A stretch of 62,147 nt of DNA, counting the filler, from Vannella sp. (taxonomy: Eukaryota): NCBI GenBank assembly GCA_023345925.1. It is 7 parts of 7 records of this genome, joined end to end, with 100 filler letters (N's around TTAATTAATTAA, not from the genome) between each part and the next. Parts side by side here need not be neighbours in the genome. Positions count along the whole stretch, not along the records: positions 53,574 to 62,147 come from JAJQQN010000639.1; 6 more parts are not named here. One strand, 5' to 3'. Under the pieces are notes generated by a model. The model worked only from the letters and a program-made list of their open reading frames with translations. It was not told the origin of the DNA and searched no databases. This document shows, one piece after another, positions 60,642 through 62,147 of the stretch. The translations under genes were made by a program, and so were the position numbers. How positions within the stretch are numbered: position 1 is the first letter of the stretch; each line of letters starts with the position of its first letter.

Positions 60642-60731
60642 CGGTGTCCAAGATAAAAATGGCATAAACTGTCCACAGTTTCACCTTGCTGATCATCTCA
60701 TCTCTCAAACTTCAATATCTGACAAAGATCT

Positions 60732-61872
60732 TTAGTCACTCTTTTCGGTATTATTATTGTACATGGTGGAGTTGTCCACATCTTCGAGCTCTTCCATTTC
60801 CACTCCCGTTCCAGCAGATTCTTGAACGGGAGAGGATGATGAGGGTCGCAATGTTGTGATGCCAGCAAGGAGAATAGCAACACCAAAGGCAAAGAAGATT
60901 GCAGAGAACCAGGTCATCTCCTTGTACTCTTGAAAGAAGACTTCGCCCCCCAGGATCCCGAACAAGAGCCACACGCACTGCAGAACGGGGATGATGAACA
61001 TCGCATCGTACCTGCGGAGGGCCGTGTTCATTCGGTAGAGCCAGAAGATGGTGATAAGGATGAAGGCCAACACAATAGCGTACGTCCACACACTGGAGAA
61101 GATCTTCTCCCCACGAAAGAAGTTTTTGAGCAGTCCAGCGCACGCCTTTCCCAACAGGATGCTGTTGGTACCGATGATGGCTGATACAGAGGCATAGGCA
61201 AACGGTAGAAAGCTTCTGATTGCCTGGGGAGCGTCATTGAGAGTCGGATAGCTTCGGATCTTGTAGCAGAGAGCCAAATAGATGCTTTGAAGGACCACAA
61301 CAATGGCGAGGATAGCAATCAAGTACAAGACGAACAACGGTGCGAAAGCAAGCTCCTTCAACTCCTTCAGAGTGTGGCTTTGAGTGCCTTTGCTGCCAAA
61401 GATGACGATGAAAACGTTCCCTACGATGATGATGACCGTGGCGATGATTGCGCGGACTTTGACTGGCTCTTTGTTGATGAGGTTGGCGAAGAAGATGTTT
61501 GTAACGAACTGAATGGAGCCCAGCGCGGCCAGAAGTGACTGGGCAGCGAACATGAAGGCCACAAAGTTAATCGTGTTCCCAACAGCGAACACACTGAACC
61601 CTGGACCGAACCCGTTACTCTGATGCTCCTGGGATTTTGAGGCTCTTACCCAGTGCCCAGATCGGACGCTTGTAAGGAGGGGCTTTCACTCCAGCCTCCT
61701 CTTGCCGCGAGTGATCCCGGCGGATGACGTTTGAACCAAAGTTGATCATGATCGAGCCTGTGATGTAGATGATGGCTCCCAACCACCAAAGGTCCCTCTC
61801 AATCCCTAACACATCGTCCCCCACATCCTCTCCTTCAAAAGCAGGAAAGTCGGGATAGAAGGGACCCATCAT
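60732..61872 (-). CDS. NIPA-family magnesium transporter-like protein
   Basis: GSIMINFGSNVIR, FAAQSLLAALGSIQFVTN, MNTALRRYDAMFIIPVLQ, FFQEY; one intron. Confidence 0.85.
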
Positions 61873-61929
61873 CCCGTCGCAGGCGAGGAAAAATGGTCAT
61901 TCATTGACCTCTGGAGCTTACACTTGCAC

Positions 61930-62147
61930 TCAGTCTGTAGACTTGCCACACTCGCAACAGATGTGATACTGCGTCAGCCCATCCGCCTTCCTCTGGAAGA
62001 GAAGTCGAGCCTCTCGTCCATAGCAACCGGGATATTTACACTTCTTCGTCACCTTCTTCAATGTGGGGTCGTTCATCAAGGCTTCTAAGGTCCGATCTGA
62101 AGGCTTCTGCTCCCTAACCGGCCCTCCAGCGTGAGATGGGTGTTTGG
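61930..62147 (-). CDS. RPB9-like zinc-ribbon protein, 3' fragment
   Basis: LMNDPTLKKVTKKCKYPGC..REARLLFQ...QYHICCECG*. Confidence 0.5.
   Translation of the reverse strand, partial: KHPSHAGGPVREQKPSDRTLEALMNDPTLKKVTKKCKYPGCYGREARLLFQRKADGLTQYHICCECGKSTD

Overview
Compact, intron-rich eukaryotic DNA with short GT-AG introns (mostly ~35-65 nt) and tightly packed genes. The gene content (Roco kinase, GPS-motif surface protein, several Ras and RhoGAP genes) suggests an amoeboid protist, probably Amoebozoa; this is inference. The window is seven contigs joined by artificial 100-nt N/TTAATTAATTAA spacers, so nothing links across them. Housekeeping genes include TOR, EMG1, MRPL24, PI synthase, thymidylate kinase, pICln, DCAF7, GET1, LTO1, alpha-SNAP, thiolase, NCA2, NIPA, YIPF and an EME1 end. 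Two things are missed by the ORF track. (1) A small ankyrin-repeat gene (7644-8795, minus) whose two inter-repeat loops are encoded by arrays of six and four single-codon (3-nt), phase-0 micro-exons, a candidate system for diversifying binding loops by combinatorial splicing. (2) A spliced CxxU selenoprotein gene (60256-60641, minus) with an in-frame TGA and a SECIS-like hairpin carrying CC instead of AA. Contig 1 also holds a Crinkler-like NTPase-nuclease gene, a decayed Polinton-type DNA polymerase B and a frameshifted PIG-P copy. An intronless RCC1-repeat family occurs in three copies. All exon models were read by eye and need RNA support.
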